Below, one piece after another: positions 41,803 through 50,968 of a stretch of DNA of 64,000 nt. The DNA is taken from assembly GCA_963725865.1 (NCBI GenBank), contig CAVSAC010000014.1, positions 1,056,001 through 1,120,000 of the forward strand, in the 5' to 3' direction. The first letter of the stretch is position 1, and each line of letters starts with the position of its first letter. The notes under the pieces are model-generated. The model had not been told where the DNA came from and did no database searches. It saw only the letters and a list, made by a program, of their open reading frames with translations. A program made the position numbers and the translations under genes. This DNA is from Candidatus Eiseniibacteriota bacterium. GTDB taxonomy: Bacteria > Eisenbacteria > RBG-16-71-46.

Positions 41803-42477
41803 TCAGTCGAGTTTGGTCACCAGCACGTTGTCGTAGTAGATCGTGCACTCGCCGACGCCGCCAGTGTAGGCGGGCAGCGCGATCCGTCCGGTCGTGCCCT
41901 CACCCCGCGCGTCGCCGCGGACGAGCACCTGGGTGCCGTCGAGGAACACCCGGTACGAGCTGCCGCGGCACTCCACCCGCACGTGGTGCCAGACCCCGTT
42001 GCCACTCGACGCCTTGGCGCGCCCCATCGGGAGCTCGCGCCGGTACATGAGCACGTCCTGGTAGCCGGGGCCGCGCAGGTCCACACCGACGCCGGAGCCG
42101 CCCCGCACGTGCACCACCACGCCCTTGTCCACGCCGCGGATCTGGCAGACGTCGAGGTCGACCGCGTACTCGTGCCAGTTCTCCGACCCCGCGTAGGCGA
42201 ACGAGCGCAGCTGGCGACGGCTGGGCAGATCGGCGCACAGGGCGCCCCAGTGGATCGACCACACGCTGTCGCGGTCGAACGACCAGCGGCCGAGCCCGTC
42301 GGAGAAGTCGTCGAAGAACAGCGCGCCGCTCGGCACGCGGGGCGGCCGCGGTGGCGGCGGGGGGGTGACGAATCGCGACGCCGCGTGCGTGTCCGCGCCG
42401 CACAGCAGGGCGGCGGTCAGCAGCGTCGCGAGTCCTCGTACGGCCTGGCTCGCTCCCGGACGTCGGATCACTCGCAC
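41803..42477 (-). CDS. Secreted DUF1080/LamG-like beta-sandwich protein
   Basis: Signal peptide; LFFDDFSDG, WHHVRVECRG..VFLDG, GRIAL, YDNV. Confidence 0.7.
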   Translation of the reverse strand: MRVIRRPGASQAVRGLATLLTAALLCGADTHAASRFVTPPPPPRPPRVPSGALFFDDFSDGLGRWSFDRDSVWSIHWGALCADLPSRRQLRSFAYAGSENWHEYAVDLDVCQIRGVDKGVVVHVRGGSGVGVDLRGPGYQDVLMYRRELPMGRAKASSGNGVWHHVRVECRGSSYRVFLDGTQVLVRGDARGEGTTGRIALPAYTGGVGECTIYYDNVLVTKLD

Positions 42478-42512
42478 GGCCGCACTCTACCAGAGGGCGC
42501 CAACGGGCGGCG

Positions 42513-44252
42513 TCAGAACCGCACGCTCAGGCCGCCGTACTCCTGGTCGACGTGCTCCAGGCTGCCCGCCGTGTGCTCCCACGACAGCGACAGCAGCAGT
42601 CGACGCATGAAGCTCAGGTCGAGGTCCGTGCTGGTCCAGTTGGCGCGGTCCTCGGCGTTCACGGCCACGTCGCGGGTGGAGCGCGTGCCGCCGCTGAAAT
42701 CGAGATGGGCGCCGTCGAACGGATCGAGCGCCACGCCCAGCGAGATCAACTCGGAGCGGGACACCGGCGCGTCCGAGCGCGAGTACCGCGCGCGCAGGCG
42801 GCCGTTCATCGTCGTCAGGCGCATCAGCTCGCCGCTCGCCGACCAGGCGTTCGCGCGGTCGCTGGAGCCGCCCATGCTGCGGGCATCGCCGCTCACGCGC
42901 GCGTGCGGGCCCAGCTCGACCGACGCGCCCACCCATCCGCCTTCGCGGAAGCGGTCGTCGAACGCGGTCTCCGGCGTCTCGCGGTCCCGGTAGAGGCGCA
43001 CGTTGCGGCGCCCGTCGTATCCCGCGTTCAGCGACAGGCCCTCGGCCGGCTGCACGTTCACCGTCAGGAACGAGCTGGTGAGCATGAACGCCGAGCCCAC
43101 CGAGTCGCGGCGCCAGCCGCGCTCGATGTCGGCCTCCTGCGCGTACGACATCGAGACCAGCGCGTCGTGATAGTTGCCCTGCACGAACACGAAGTCGCGG
43201 TTGACCTGTCCGCGCGCCGTCGAGGTCACCCCGCCGAACGCCAGCGACCAGCGGCGCGCCGCGAGCGGGGCCTGGTGCGCCGCGAGGTAGAAGCCGCTCT
43301 GCAGGATCTCGCGGGACACCGTGAGCTGCACCGGGTCGGGCTGGGTGCCGCTGAACGCCCCCACGTCCCAGCGCCGGGAGCCCCACTCCCCGAGGCCGCC
43401 GTCGAACAGGCTCACCGAGGAGAGCAGCGGCGAGGCCTGGCGGCCGAGCGTCAGCCGATAGCGCGCGCTCGCGTCGTGCACCGAAGCGGCGAGGCGATAG
43501 ACGCGCGTCGAGGACTCGACCTGGTCGGGACCGGTGGTCGAGGTGCGGACGGTGCGACGGCCGCGCACGTCGCTCAGCAGGTCGATCGGCAGGCCGCCGG
43601 CGTTCACCGCCTCGAGTCGCATGTCGAGCGCGGGCTGCGTCATGTCGCCGGCCTCGCGGCTCTGGATCGCCAGGAGCCGCGCGCCGAGCCGGCCGCGCAG
43701 GCGCGAGGCGCGTGCGCGCGGGGGATTCGGCACCAGCACCGTGGCCGCATGAGGCATCACCTCGCCGGGCGCCGAGGGCGGCAGCACGGCGGAGCCCGCG
43801 GCGGGCGGCGTCGCGGCCGCGGCCGGCGGACCGACCGCCAGTCGGGGCGTGAAGCGCGCGACGTCACCGCCGCGCGGCAGCGTGGACCCCGGCAGCGTGT
43901 CGCAGGACGCGCCGTGCGACGACAGGAATGCGGCGCGCAGCCGCGCGATCGTCGCGCCGTCGCGCGCGACCACCAGCGTGTCGCCCTCGTTCAGCCCATC
44001 GCTGCGGCCGGCGTCGAGGTACACCGAGCCGCCCGTCACGTAGGTCACGCGCGCGGTCCCCGGTGAATTCTTCGGGGCCGGCGCCGCAGCGACCGGGGCG
44101 GGCGCCGTCGCGGCGGCCGCGACCGGGGCGGAGCGCGCGGGCAGCGCGCCCCGCGAGGCCGCCGTCGCGCCCGGCGGCGCAGCGTGGGCGCTCCCCGCCG
44201 CCAGGGCGGCGAGGAGCACGACGAGCGGTCGGAGCGGCCGCGTTCGGATCAT
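42513..44252 (-). CDS. Large outer-membrane beta-barrel, putative porin partner of the multiheme cytochromes
   Basis: TGATG overlap with cytochrome gene; signal peptide; small N-domain VYLDAGRSDGLNEGD; about 390 aa of amphipathic strands; C-terminal GGLSVRF. Confidence 0.75.
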   Translation of the reverse strand: MIRTRPLRPLVVLLAALAAGSAHAAPPGATAASRGALPARSAPVAAAATAPAPVAAAPAPKNSPGTARVTYVTGGSVYLDAGRSDGLNEGDTLVVARDGATIARLRAAFLSSHGASCDTLPGSTLPRGGDVARFTPRLAVGPPAAAATPPAAGSAVLPPSAPGEVMPHAATVLVPNPPRARASRLRGRLGARLLAIQSREAGDMTQPALDMRLEAVNAGGLPIDLLSDVRGRRTVRTSTTGPDQVESSTRVYRLAASVHDASARYRLTLGRQASPLLSSVSLFDGGLGEWGSRRWDVGAFSGTQPDPVQLTVSREILQSGFYLAAHQAPLAARRWSLAFGGVTSTARGQVNRDFVFVQGNYHDALVSMSYAQEADIERGWRRDSVGSAFMLTSSFLTVNVQPAEGLSLNAGYDGRRNVRLYRDRETPETAFDDRFREGGWVGASVELGPHARVSGDARSMGGSSDRANAWSASGELMRLTTMNGRLRARYSRSDAPVSRSELISLGVALDPFDGAHLDFSGGTRSTRDVAVNAEDRANWTSTDLDLSFMRRLLLSLSWEHTAGSLEHVDQEYGGLSVRF

Positions 44253-46432
44253 CACACGCTCCGATGGCACGAGTAGCACGCGCTGCTCTGGTACGAGTAC
44301 CCGGAGCGGCCGGCATGCTCGCTGTCCATCCGGGTCTTCGGGTGACACGACAGACAGTCGAACTGCGCGTAGTTGGTCGGCGCGTTGTGACAATCCGAGC
44401 AGTTCGTCCACTTCCCGTTGTGCTTGCCGGAGTAGATCTTGAAGTACGGGGAGTCGTGGTTGACGCGCGCCCCGGCCCACAGCGTGGTGGTGTGACAGTC
44501 GCCGCACGTGGTGGCGATCCCCGCGCCCGGATGGTTCGGGTCGACGGCCGTGTTGTAGTCGGTCTGGTGGCAGCTCACGCACGCCGTGCTCTTGCCGGCG
44601 TACACCCCGTCGCCATGACACGCGCCGCAGCTCGCGGTGGTGTGCGCGCCGGTGAGCGGGAACGCGGTGTTGGCGTGGTTGAAGCTCGCCCCCGCCCAGC
44701 TGGTCGTGGTGTGACACGACGTGCACGAAGTGGGGAACGACGGCAGCGAGTGCCTGGGATTGGTCACGCCGTTGTAGTCGGCGGCGTGGCACGAGTAGCA
44801 GTCGGTGCTCTTGCCGGCGTACACCCCGTCGCCGTGGCAGCCCGCGCAGTTCACCGAGCGGTGGGCGCCGGTGAGGGGGAATGCGGTGGTGCTGTGGTCG
44901 AACGCCGCGCCCGCCCACGACGCGGTGCCGTGGCAGTTCGTGCAGGTGGTCGGGTAGCTCGGCAGCGTGTGATGCGGGTCGGTGGTGTTGTTGTAGTCGG
45001 TCTGGTGGCAACTGACGCACGCCGTGCTCTTGCCCGCGTACACCCCGTCCCCGTGACAGCTCACGCAGGTGGCCGCGATGTGCGCCCCGGTGAGCGGGAA
45101 CGCGGTCGCCGCGTGGTTGAACGTGGCGCCCGCCCACGACGTCGTGGTGTGGCACGGCGTGCACGTGGTGGGGAAGCTCGGCGTGGTGTGCCTGGGATCG
45201 GTGGTGCCGCTGTAGTCGGCCTGGTGGCACCCGTAGCACAGCGTGGTCTTGCCCTGGTAGACGCCGTCCCCGTGACACGCCGTGCAGGCGGTGGCGCGAT
45301 GGGCGCCGGTGAGCGGGAACGCGGTCGCGTCGTGGTTGATGGCCGCACCGGACCACGAGGTGGTGCCGTGGCAGGTGGTGCACGTCAGCGGGAAGCTGGG
45401 CTGGGTGTGCCGCGGACTGGTGGCGCCGTTGTAGTCGGTCTGGTGGCACGACGCGCAGGCGGTGCTCTTGCCGTTGTACACCCCGTCGCCGTGGCAACCC
45501 GCGCAGGTGGTCGCGCGGTGGGCGCCGGTGAGCGGGAACGCCGTCGCGTTGTGGTCGAACGTGGCGGTGTTCCAGGCCGTGGTGGAGTGGCAGGTCGCGC
45601 AGGCGACGGGGAAGCCGGCCGCGCCGTGCGCGGGCGTGGTCGTGGCGTCGTACTGGGCGCGGTGGCACGACACGCAGTCCTTCGGCGTGCCCTTGAACTG
45701 GTTGTTCGCGTGGCACGAGCCGCACGCCACCGCGCGGTGCGCGCCGGTGAGCGGGAAGCCCGACTGCGAGTGGTCGAACTTGGCCGCGTGCCAGCCCAGC
45801 GGGGTGTGACAGCTGGCACAGTCGGTCGAGAAGCCCTGGCCGTGGTCGGGGTCCTTGGCGGCGCGGAAGTCCGCCATGTGGCAGTCGGCGCACGCCGCGC
45901 GCGTGCCGACGAACTGCATGTGTCCCGAGGCCGCCGGCTTGTGGCAGGTCTCGCAGTCGAGTCCCGCGTGTCCGCCGGTGAGCGGGAAGCGGGTGGTCTG
46001 GTGGAGCCGCCGCATCGCCGCCATGTCCGTGAACGAGCGCGCGCTGTGGCAGCGGGCGCAGTCGGTGCCGTTCTCGCCGCGGTGGATGTCCTCGTGGCAC
46101 GAGGTGCAGTTCATCTTGTGCTGCTTGAACTCCAGCGTGGCGTGGCAGGCGGTGCAGTTGGCGGCCGCGTGCGCGCCCTCGAGCGGAAAGCCGTAGCGCG
46201 CGCCGTGGTCGAACCGCCGGCTGACCTTCACCGGCGTCCAGGCGTCGGCCCGGTGACACATGCCGCAGTCCTCGCGGAAGTCGCCGTGCGGGTTCTCCAC
46301 CCGCCTGGCGGCCGGCGCCGCGAGCGAGCTCACGCCGAGCACGAGCAGCGGCGCGAGCAGCAGTAACGCCGCCAGCACGCGCGCGGCCGCGCGACTCCGG
46401 TTCGATCCGGGACTAATGGAGCCATGCAGCAT
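44252..46432 (-). CDS. Multiheme cytochrome c, 28 CxxCH motifs
   Basis: 28 CxxCH counted in the translation; signal peptide; repeats FxH..FPLTGAH..CxxCH. Confidence 0.95.
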   Translation of the reverse strand: MLHGSISPGSNRSRAAARVLAALLLLAPLLVLGVSSLAAPAARRVENPHGDFREDCGMCHRADAWTPVKVSRRFDHGARYGFPLEGAHAAANCTACHATLEFKQHKMNCTSCHEDIHRGENGTDCARCHSARSFTDMAAMRRLHQTTRFPLTGGHAGLDCETCHKPAASGHMQFVGTRAACADCHMADFRAAKDPDHGQGFSTDCASCHTPLGWHAAKFDHSQSGFPLTGAHRAVACGSCHANNQFKGTPKDCVSCHRAQYDATTTPAHGAAGFPVACATCHSTTAWNTATFDHNATAFPLTGAHRATTCAGCHGDGVYNGKSTACASCHQTDYNGATSPRHTQPSFPLTCTTCHGTTSWSGAAINHDATAFPLTGAHRATACTACHGDGVYQGKTTLCYGCHQADYSGTTDPRHTTPSFPTTCTPCHTTTSWAGATFNHAATAFPLTGAHIAATCVSCHGDGVYAGKSTACVSCHQTDYNNTTDPHHTLPSYPTTCTNCHGTASWAGAAFDHSTTAFPLTGAHRSVNCAGCHGDGVYAGKSTDCYSCHAADYNGVTNPRHSLPSFPTSCTSCHTTTSWAGASFNHANTAFPLTGAHTTASCGACHGDGVYAGKSTACVSCHQTDYNTAVDPNHPGAGIATTCGDCHTTTLWAGARVNHDSPYFKIYSGKHNGKWTNCSDCHNAPTNYAQFDCLSCHPKTRMDSEHAGRSGYSYQSSACYSCHRSV
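44507..45820 (-). repeat. Intragenic tandem repeat, 6 x 219 nt (73-aa triheme module)
   Basis: Equivalent Cys codons at 45820, 45601 ... 44506, period 219 nt; the last five units are highly similar (GDGVYxGKxT). Confidence 0.9.
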
Positions 46433-48248
46433 GGCGAACCTCCCGCGAGGTGAGGAGGGTGAAGACGCCCCACGGGGGGAGCGAGGCGTCGCGGAGTGAC
46501 GTGGTCTTCAGCGGAGCGATGCCGGGCGCGTGGCAGGCTTCGCAACGCGTCGGCACGCCCTGGTACGGAACGAAGGTCGCATCCCCGCGCCGCTCGGGAC
46601 GATGGCAGGCGGCGCAGGCGACGCGCGCGTGGGCACCCTCGAGCTTGAACGCCGAATCGCGGTCGTGCGAGAAGCGATCGGCCGGCGCGAAGTGTTCATC
46701 GGTGTGGCAGCCCTGGCAGGCGCCCTTGTCCTTGCGCTTGGCGAACTGGCCGGCGTGCGGATCGGCGTGGCACTCGACGCACGCCGAGCGCGACTCGGCG
46801 AAGCGGAGCGGCCGCGCCGACTTCGCGGCGGCGAGCAGCGTCGAGGTCGACGGCGCCGCCTTGAGCTCCTGGTGGCACGCCACGCACGGCGTGGCCCGGT
46901 GCGCGCCCGCGAGCGGGAACGTCGTCTGTGCGTGCACGGCGATGTCGAACTGCGAGGGCCGGAACGCCGCCGCCGTGTGGCAGGCGAGGCAGTCCTTGGC
47001 CCGCGCCCGCGCGCCGCCGGCCGCGAACCGGCCGCCGTGCGGGTCGAGATGGCAGTCGGTGCAGCGCGCGTGCGCGGGCCGCATCAGGACGCGCGCCGCT
47101 CCGAAGCGCGCCTCGGAGCCCGCAGGCTGTCTGCCGTGGCACTTGTCGCAGTCCACGGTCACGTGCCGCCCCGCGAGCGGGTACGCGCTGCCCTGGTGCA
47201 TCGCCACGGTGTAGGCGGGGCGGTCGAAGCCCTCGACGCCGTGGCACGAGGCGCAGTCGACGACCTTGCCCGCGAGCGTCGCGGTGCCGGCGTGCTGGTC
47301 CTTGTGGCAGTCGGCGCAGGCGGCGAACTTCGGCTTCTGCCCCCACGCCGTCTTCGGGTCATGGCACTTCGCGCACGCCACCGCGACGTGCTTTCCGCGC
47401 AGCGGGTAGCGGGTCTTCTCGTGATCGAAGCCGCGCGGGTCGATGCTCGCGAACGACTCCGTGCGATGGCACGACGAGCAGTTCTTCTGGAAGCGACCGT
47501 TGTGCGGATCCTTGTGGCAGGGCGTGCAGTCCTTGAACGGAAGCGGCTTCCACTGCGGCACCGGCGCGCCCTTCTCGTCGCGGGCGCTCGTGAACTGAGG
47601 CATCAGGTGGCACTTCTCGCACGCCAACGGCACGTGCTTGCCCGTGAGCGGATAGGCGGTCCTGGCGTGATCGAATCCGAGCGCCGGCTTCCACGCGCGC
47701 TCGTTGTGGCACTGGGTGCAGCGGGTGCCGAGCTGGCCACGGTGCGGATCGGCGTGACACGACGCGCAGTCGGTCTCCAGCCCCAGCCACGAGGTCGCGT
47801 GGTCCTTCTTCTGGATGAACGCGACGGCGGCCGAGCGCTGGAACTTCGGCAGGTGGCACTTCGCGCACGCCAGCTCGGCGTGCTTGCCGGCCAGCGGGTA
47901 GCCGGTCCGCGCGTGGTCGAAGCGCTCCGGCGCGCCCTCGTCCCACTTCACGAGCGCGAACCCGCGCCCGCCGTGGTCCGGATGGCACTTGGCGCACGCG
48001 CCCTTGCCGTCGCGCGCATGGAATCCCCGGCCGCGCGTCTTCATCCAGTCCACCTCCTTGTGGCACGCGAGGCAGCGCTCGTCCATCGAGCCCTGGCCCC
48101 CGCGGGGGTGGCACTGGAAGCACCGGGTCGGGTTGTCGAACGCCTCGTGCGCGCTCGCGAGCGGGCCGGGCGACAGCTGGGCGCGAGCAGGCACGGCTCC
48201 GCCGAGCAGGGCGGCCAGCAGGGCGACGAAGAGCGCACGCGCACGCAT
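46413..48248 (-). CDS. Multiheme cytochrome c, 20 CxxCH motifs
   Basis: ATG 48248 overlaps upstream TGA; signal peptide then QLSPGPLASAH; 20 CxxCH counted; FDH..YPLxGKH repeats. Confidence 0.95.
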   Translation of the reverse strand: MRARALFVALLAALLGGAVPARAQLSPGPLASAHEAFDNPTRCFQCHPRGGQGSMDERCLACHKEVDWMKTRGRGFHARDGKGACAKCHPDHGGRGFALVKWDEGAPERFDHARTGYPLAGKHAELACAKCHLPKFQRSAAVAFIQKKDHATSWLGLETDCASCHADPHRGQLGTRCTQCHNERAWKPALGFDHARTAYPLTGKHVPLACEKCHLMPQFTSARDEKGAPVPQWKPLPFKDCTPCHKDPHNGRFQKNCSSCHRTESFASIDPRGFDHEKTRYPLRGKHVAVACAKCHDPKTAWGQKPKFAACADCHKDQHAGTATLAGKVVDCASCHGVEGFDRPAYTVAMHQGSAYPLAGRHVTVDCDKCHGRQPAGSEARFGAARVLMRPAHARCTDCHLDPHGGRFAAGGARARAKDCLACHTAAAFRPSQFDIAVHAQTTFPLAGAHRATPCVACHQELKAAPSTSTLLAAAKSARPLRFAESRSACVECHADPHAGQFAKRKDKGACQGCHTDEHFAPADRFSHDRDSAFKLEGAHARVACAACHRPERRGDATFVPYQGVPTRCEACHAPGIAPLKTTSLRDASLPPWGVFTLLTSREVRHAAWLH

Positions 48249-49687
48249 CACCTCGCGGCCACGGCGCCCTCGGCTTGCGCCGTGGGCTCGGGCAGCGCGA
48301 TCTCCTTTCGCACGATGAGCACGCCGATCCGCTTCAGGAACTCGTACGGCGGGGTGCCGCCGGCGCGCACGATCACCGCGTCGTTCGGGAGCAGGTGCGG
48401 ACGGCCCTGCCACTCCAGCACCACCTGCTGCTCGCGGATCTCGCGCACCTGGCTCTGGAGCAGCAGCGTGACCTGGCGCGCGGCGACCGCCGCGTCGAGC
48501 TTCTGGCGATTGCGGTCCTTCACGCGGCTGAACGCGTCGCCCCGGTACGAGAGAGTCACCGTGGCGCCGTCCTGGTGGGCGAGGCCGAGCGCGGACTCGA
48601 CCGCGCTGTCGCCGCCGCCGACCACGAGGCAGTGCATGCCGGCGAACTCCTCCATCTCCACGATGTCGTAGAACACCTTCTCGGAGTCCTCTCCCGGCAC
48701 CTCGAGCTTGCGCGGCGTGCCGCGACGGCCCATCGCCAGCACCACGTTGCGCGCGCGCCACTCGCCCCCGTTGGAGACCACCGTGAACGTCCCGTCGCTC
48801 TCGCGGCGCAGGTCGGTGACGCGCTCGCCGGTCTGGACCGCCAGCGCGGTCTTGCGGATGACGGTCTCCCAGACCTGCAGCAACTCCTCCTTGGTCGCGT
48901 CGGCGATCCACAGGTCGCCGTACATCGGCACGCTGAGCGGCTCGGCGAGCAGCAGCTTGTGGCGGGGATACTTCCGGATGCTCTCGGTGAGCGTGCCCTG
49001 TTCGAGCACCACGTACGAGAGCCGCTCGCGCAGCGCCTGCAGGCCGGCCGAGAGTCCCGCCGGGCCGGAGCCGACCACCACCACGTCGTACACGCCGGCC
49101 ACGGGCGCGGCGCTCGCGCGCTTGCGCGCGACGTGTTCGACTGCGAGTTTGCCTTCGTTGATCGCGTTCTTGATGAGTCCGCGTCCGCCCAGCTCGCCGA
49201 CCACGTAGAGCCCGTCGACGGTGCTCTCGAAGTTCACCGAGACCAGCGGCACCTCGACGTACTGCACCGCGGCGCCCGAGGTGACGAGGATCGCGCCGAC
49301 CGGGCACGCGGCGACGCACGAGGCGTGGCCCTTGCACAGGTCCTTGTTCACCACCGCGAGCTTGTGGACCAGCGTGACGGCTCCCGGCTCGGGGCACGCC
49401 GCCACGCAGGTGCCGCAGCCCACGCACAGGTCGGCGCGCACCAGCGCGTGCTTGGGCCCGTCGCCACCGCCGGCCTCGGTGCCGTCCGCCACCACCTTCG
49501 CCATCACGATGTCGAACGCGGCCACCGGCGCGCCGCAGCGCGGGCAGTACTGCGACGCCTTCGGGACCGCCGCCTGGCAGCGCGGGCACGGCGTCGTCGC
49601 GGCCGCCGCGGGACGCTGGTGGCCGCGCAGGTGCAGCCACATGAACAGGGCCGAGACCGCGAGGAAGGCGAGCGTGGTGATCAGCAT
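48248..49687 (-). CDS. Membrane-anchored zinc ribbon / 2x[4Fe-4S] / FAD-NAD(P)H oxidoreductase (TrxR-like)
   Basis: N-terminal TM; CPRC..CPRC; CVGCGTCVAACP and CKGHASCVAACP; GSGPAG; GGGDSA; GAGG RBS. Confidence 0.9.
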   Translation of the reverse strand: MLITTLAFLAVSALFMWLHLRGHQRPAAAATTPCPRCQAAVPKASQYCPRCGAPVAAFDIVMAKVVADGTEAGGGDGPKHALVRADLCVGCGTCVAACPEPGAVTLVHKLAVVNKDLCKGHASCVAACPVGAILVTSGAAVQYVEVPLVSVNFESTVDGLYVVGELGGRGLIKNAINEGKLAVEHVARKRASAAPVAGVYDVVVVGSGPAGLSAGLQALRERLSYVVLEQGTLTESIRKYPRHKLLLAEPLSVPMYGDLWIADATKEELLQVWETVIRKTALAVQTGERVTDLRRESDGTFTVVSNGGEWRARNVVLAMGRRGTPRKLEVPGEDSEKVFYDIVEMEEFAGMHCLVVGGGDSAVESALGLAHQDGATVTLSYRGDAFSRVKDRNRQKLDAAVAARQVTLLLQSQVREIREQQVVLEWQGRPHLLPNDAVIVRAGGTPPYEFLKRIGVLIVRKEIALPEPTAQAEGAVAAR

Positions 49688-49694
49688 GGCCGCC

Positions 49695-50651
49695 TCAGAA
49701 CCCGACCGCTCCGACCAGCACCGCCACCACCACGTGGATCGCGACCGCGAGCAGCGCGGTGACGGCGAACGGGCGATGCGCGACGTGCCAGTACCCGAAC
49801 ACCGTCCGCGTCGCATCGAGCATCCGCACCTGCTGCGCGAGCGCGATCTCGCGCCGCGCGAGCTTCATCGCCTCGGCGAGCGCGGTGGTGCTCGGCGGGC
49901 GCGCGCCGGGACGCGGGGACGACCACTGGCGGCGCAGGTCGTCGATCGCGCGGCGGCGCGACCAGTCGTCCTGCATCATCCGCCACAGCGTCCGCAGCGG
50001 ATCGAGACCCGCGTAGGAGCGCTGGTTCACCGCGAGCGAGCGGTTCACGTCCTGCGGCTCGATGCCGGTCGCGGCCGCGATGCGCGTGATGATCGCGCGG
50101 CGCTCGTTCTCGACCTCGCCCATCGTCAGCTCGAGCCCGTCGCGATTCCGCGGGATGTGGACGTACAGGTAGCGGCCCACGATCCCCGAGAGGCTGACCA
50201 GCAGCATCGCGACGTAGCCGAGTCCGATCAGGCCCTCGAAGCGCCAGCCGGCGTGCACGGCCACCAGCACCGGCACCGACAGCCCGGCCACGATGTGGAC
50301 GCGCATCCAGGAGCCGACCTTCCCGGTCCACGCCAGCCAGCGCACCTTCTTGCGCAGCGGGTAGAGCCACAGGAACAGGAACAGCGCGAAGCCCGCGATC
50401 CCGAAGCCGAGCCCGATCGCGCCCGAGGGCTTCAGCAGCGGATGCAGGGGGCTGCGCATGCGCTCGCCCTGGGACATGAGGTAGTAGGGCAGCCCGAGCA
50501 CGGTCGCGACCACCGGAATGGCCAGCGAGATCACGAGCGAGATCGCGTCCGCGTGGACACCCCCGCCGGCGGCCCGGCCCGGCCCCGGAACGGGCTGGGC
50601 CGCCGCCTTCGGGGCAGCCGGAGACACCGCCGCGGGCGCGCTCAGCCGCAC
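49695..50651 (-). CDS. Integral membrane protein with His-bearing helices (ferric reductase / cytochrome b-like)
   Basis: YPLRKK, WMRVHIVAG, AVHAG, SGIVGRYLY, WHVAHRPF, AIHVV; start uncertain (GTG 50651 or TTG 50678; ATG 50816 overlaps the promoter). Confidence 0.75.
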   Translation of the reverse strand: MRLSAPAAVSPAAPKAAAQPVPGPGRAAGGGVHADAISLVISLAIPVVATVLGLPYYLMSQGERMRSPLHPLLKPSGAIGLGFGIAGFALFLFLWLYPLRKKVRWLAWTGKVGSWMRVHIVAGLSVPVLVAVHAGWRFEGLIGLGYVAMLLVSLSGIVGRYLYVHIPRNRDGLELTMGEVENERRAIITRIAAATGIEPQDVNRSLAVNQRSYAGLDPLRTLWRMMQDDWSRRRAIDDLRRQWSSPRPGARPPSTTALAEAMKLARREIALAQQVRMLDATRTVFGYWHVAHRPFAVTALLAVAIHVVVAVLVGAVGF

Positions 50652-50800
50652 CGGACCGACCGACTCAGCGCCGTCCAACGCGGCGCGATGCTGTGTCGCA
50701 GGGTGCAAAATGCCATCTCCTGGGCAGGGTCCATGGGAGCGATGCCGAGCAGTCGCAACACCCTGGGGGGGCCAGGGGACAGGATGACCGCTTGGTAACG

Positions 50801-50815
50801 GCAAGAGGAGTGCCA
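50801..50815 (-). promoter_or_regulatory. Sigma54 (-24/-12) promoter of the cytochrome operon
   Basis: Minus strand TGGCAC-TCCTC-TTGC, exact GG-N10-GC spacing. Confidence 0.7.
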
Positions 50816-50858
50816 TCTACCGCCCTGCTGATACCCCAGAGGGGCGGAGGACGTCCAG

Positions 50859-50872
50859 GTGAAATTGTTCAC
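50859..50872. promoter_or_regulatory. Palindromic operator, Rex-like or CRP/FNR-like
   Basis: GTGAA-ATTG-TTCAC, an AT-rich island in the divergent intergenic region. Confidence 0.55.
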
Positions 50873-50968
50873 GAGGAGAGATCGTCCGGGCCCTTCGGGA
50901 ACTCCAACGCACGCGTGAGAGTCGCGGTCATTGCCGCCGGGAGGGCACGCTGTTAAACTCCGCCGCCC

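Noticed and set aside
44507..45820. Periodic repeats as a possible CRISPR array
   Set aside because: Period is 219 nt, in frame and protein-coding; no repeat-spacer structure and no cas genes
50642..50734. 30-aa upstream ORF (MDPAQEMAFC...) in the leader of the cytochrome operon
   Set aside because: No well-spaced RBS and no recognisable motif; cannot tell it from chance or a frameshifted N-terminus
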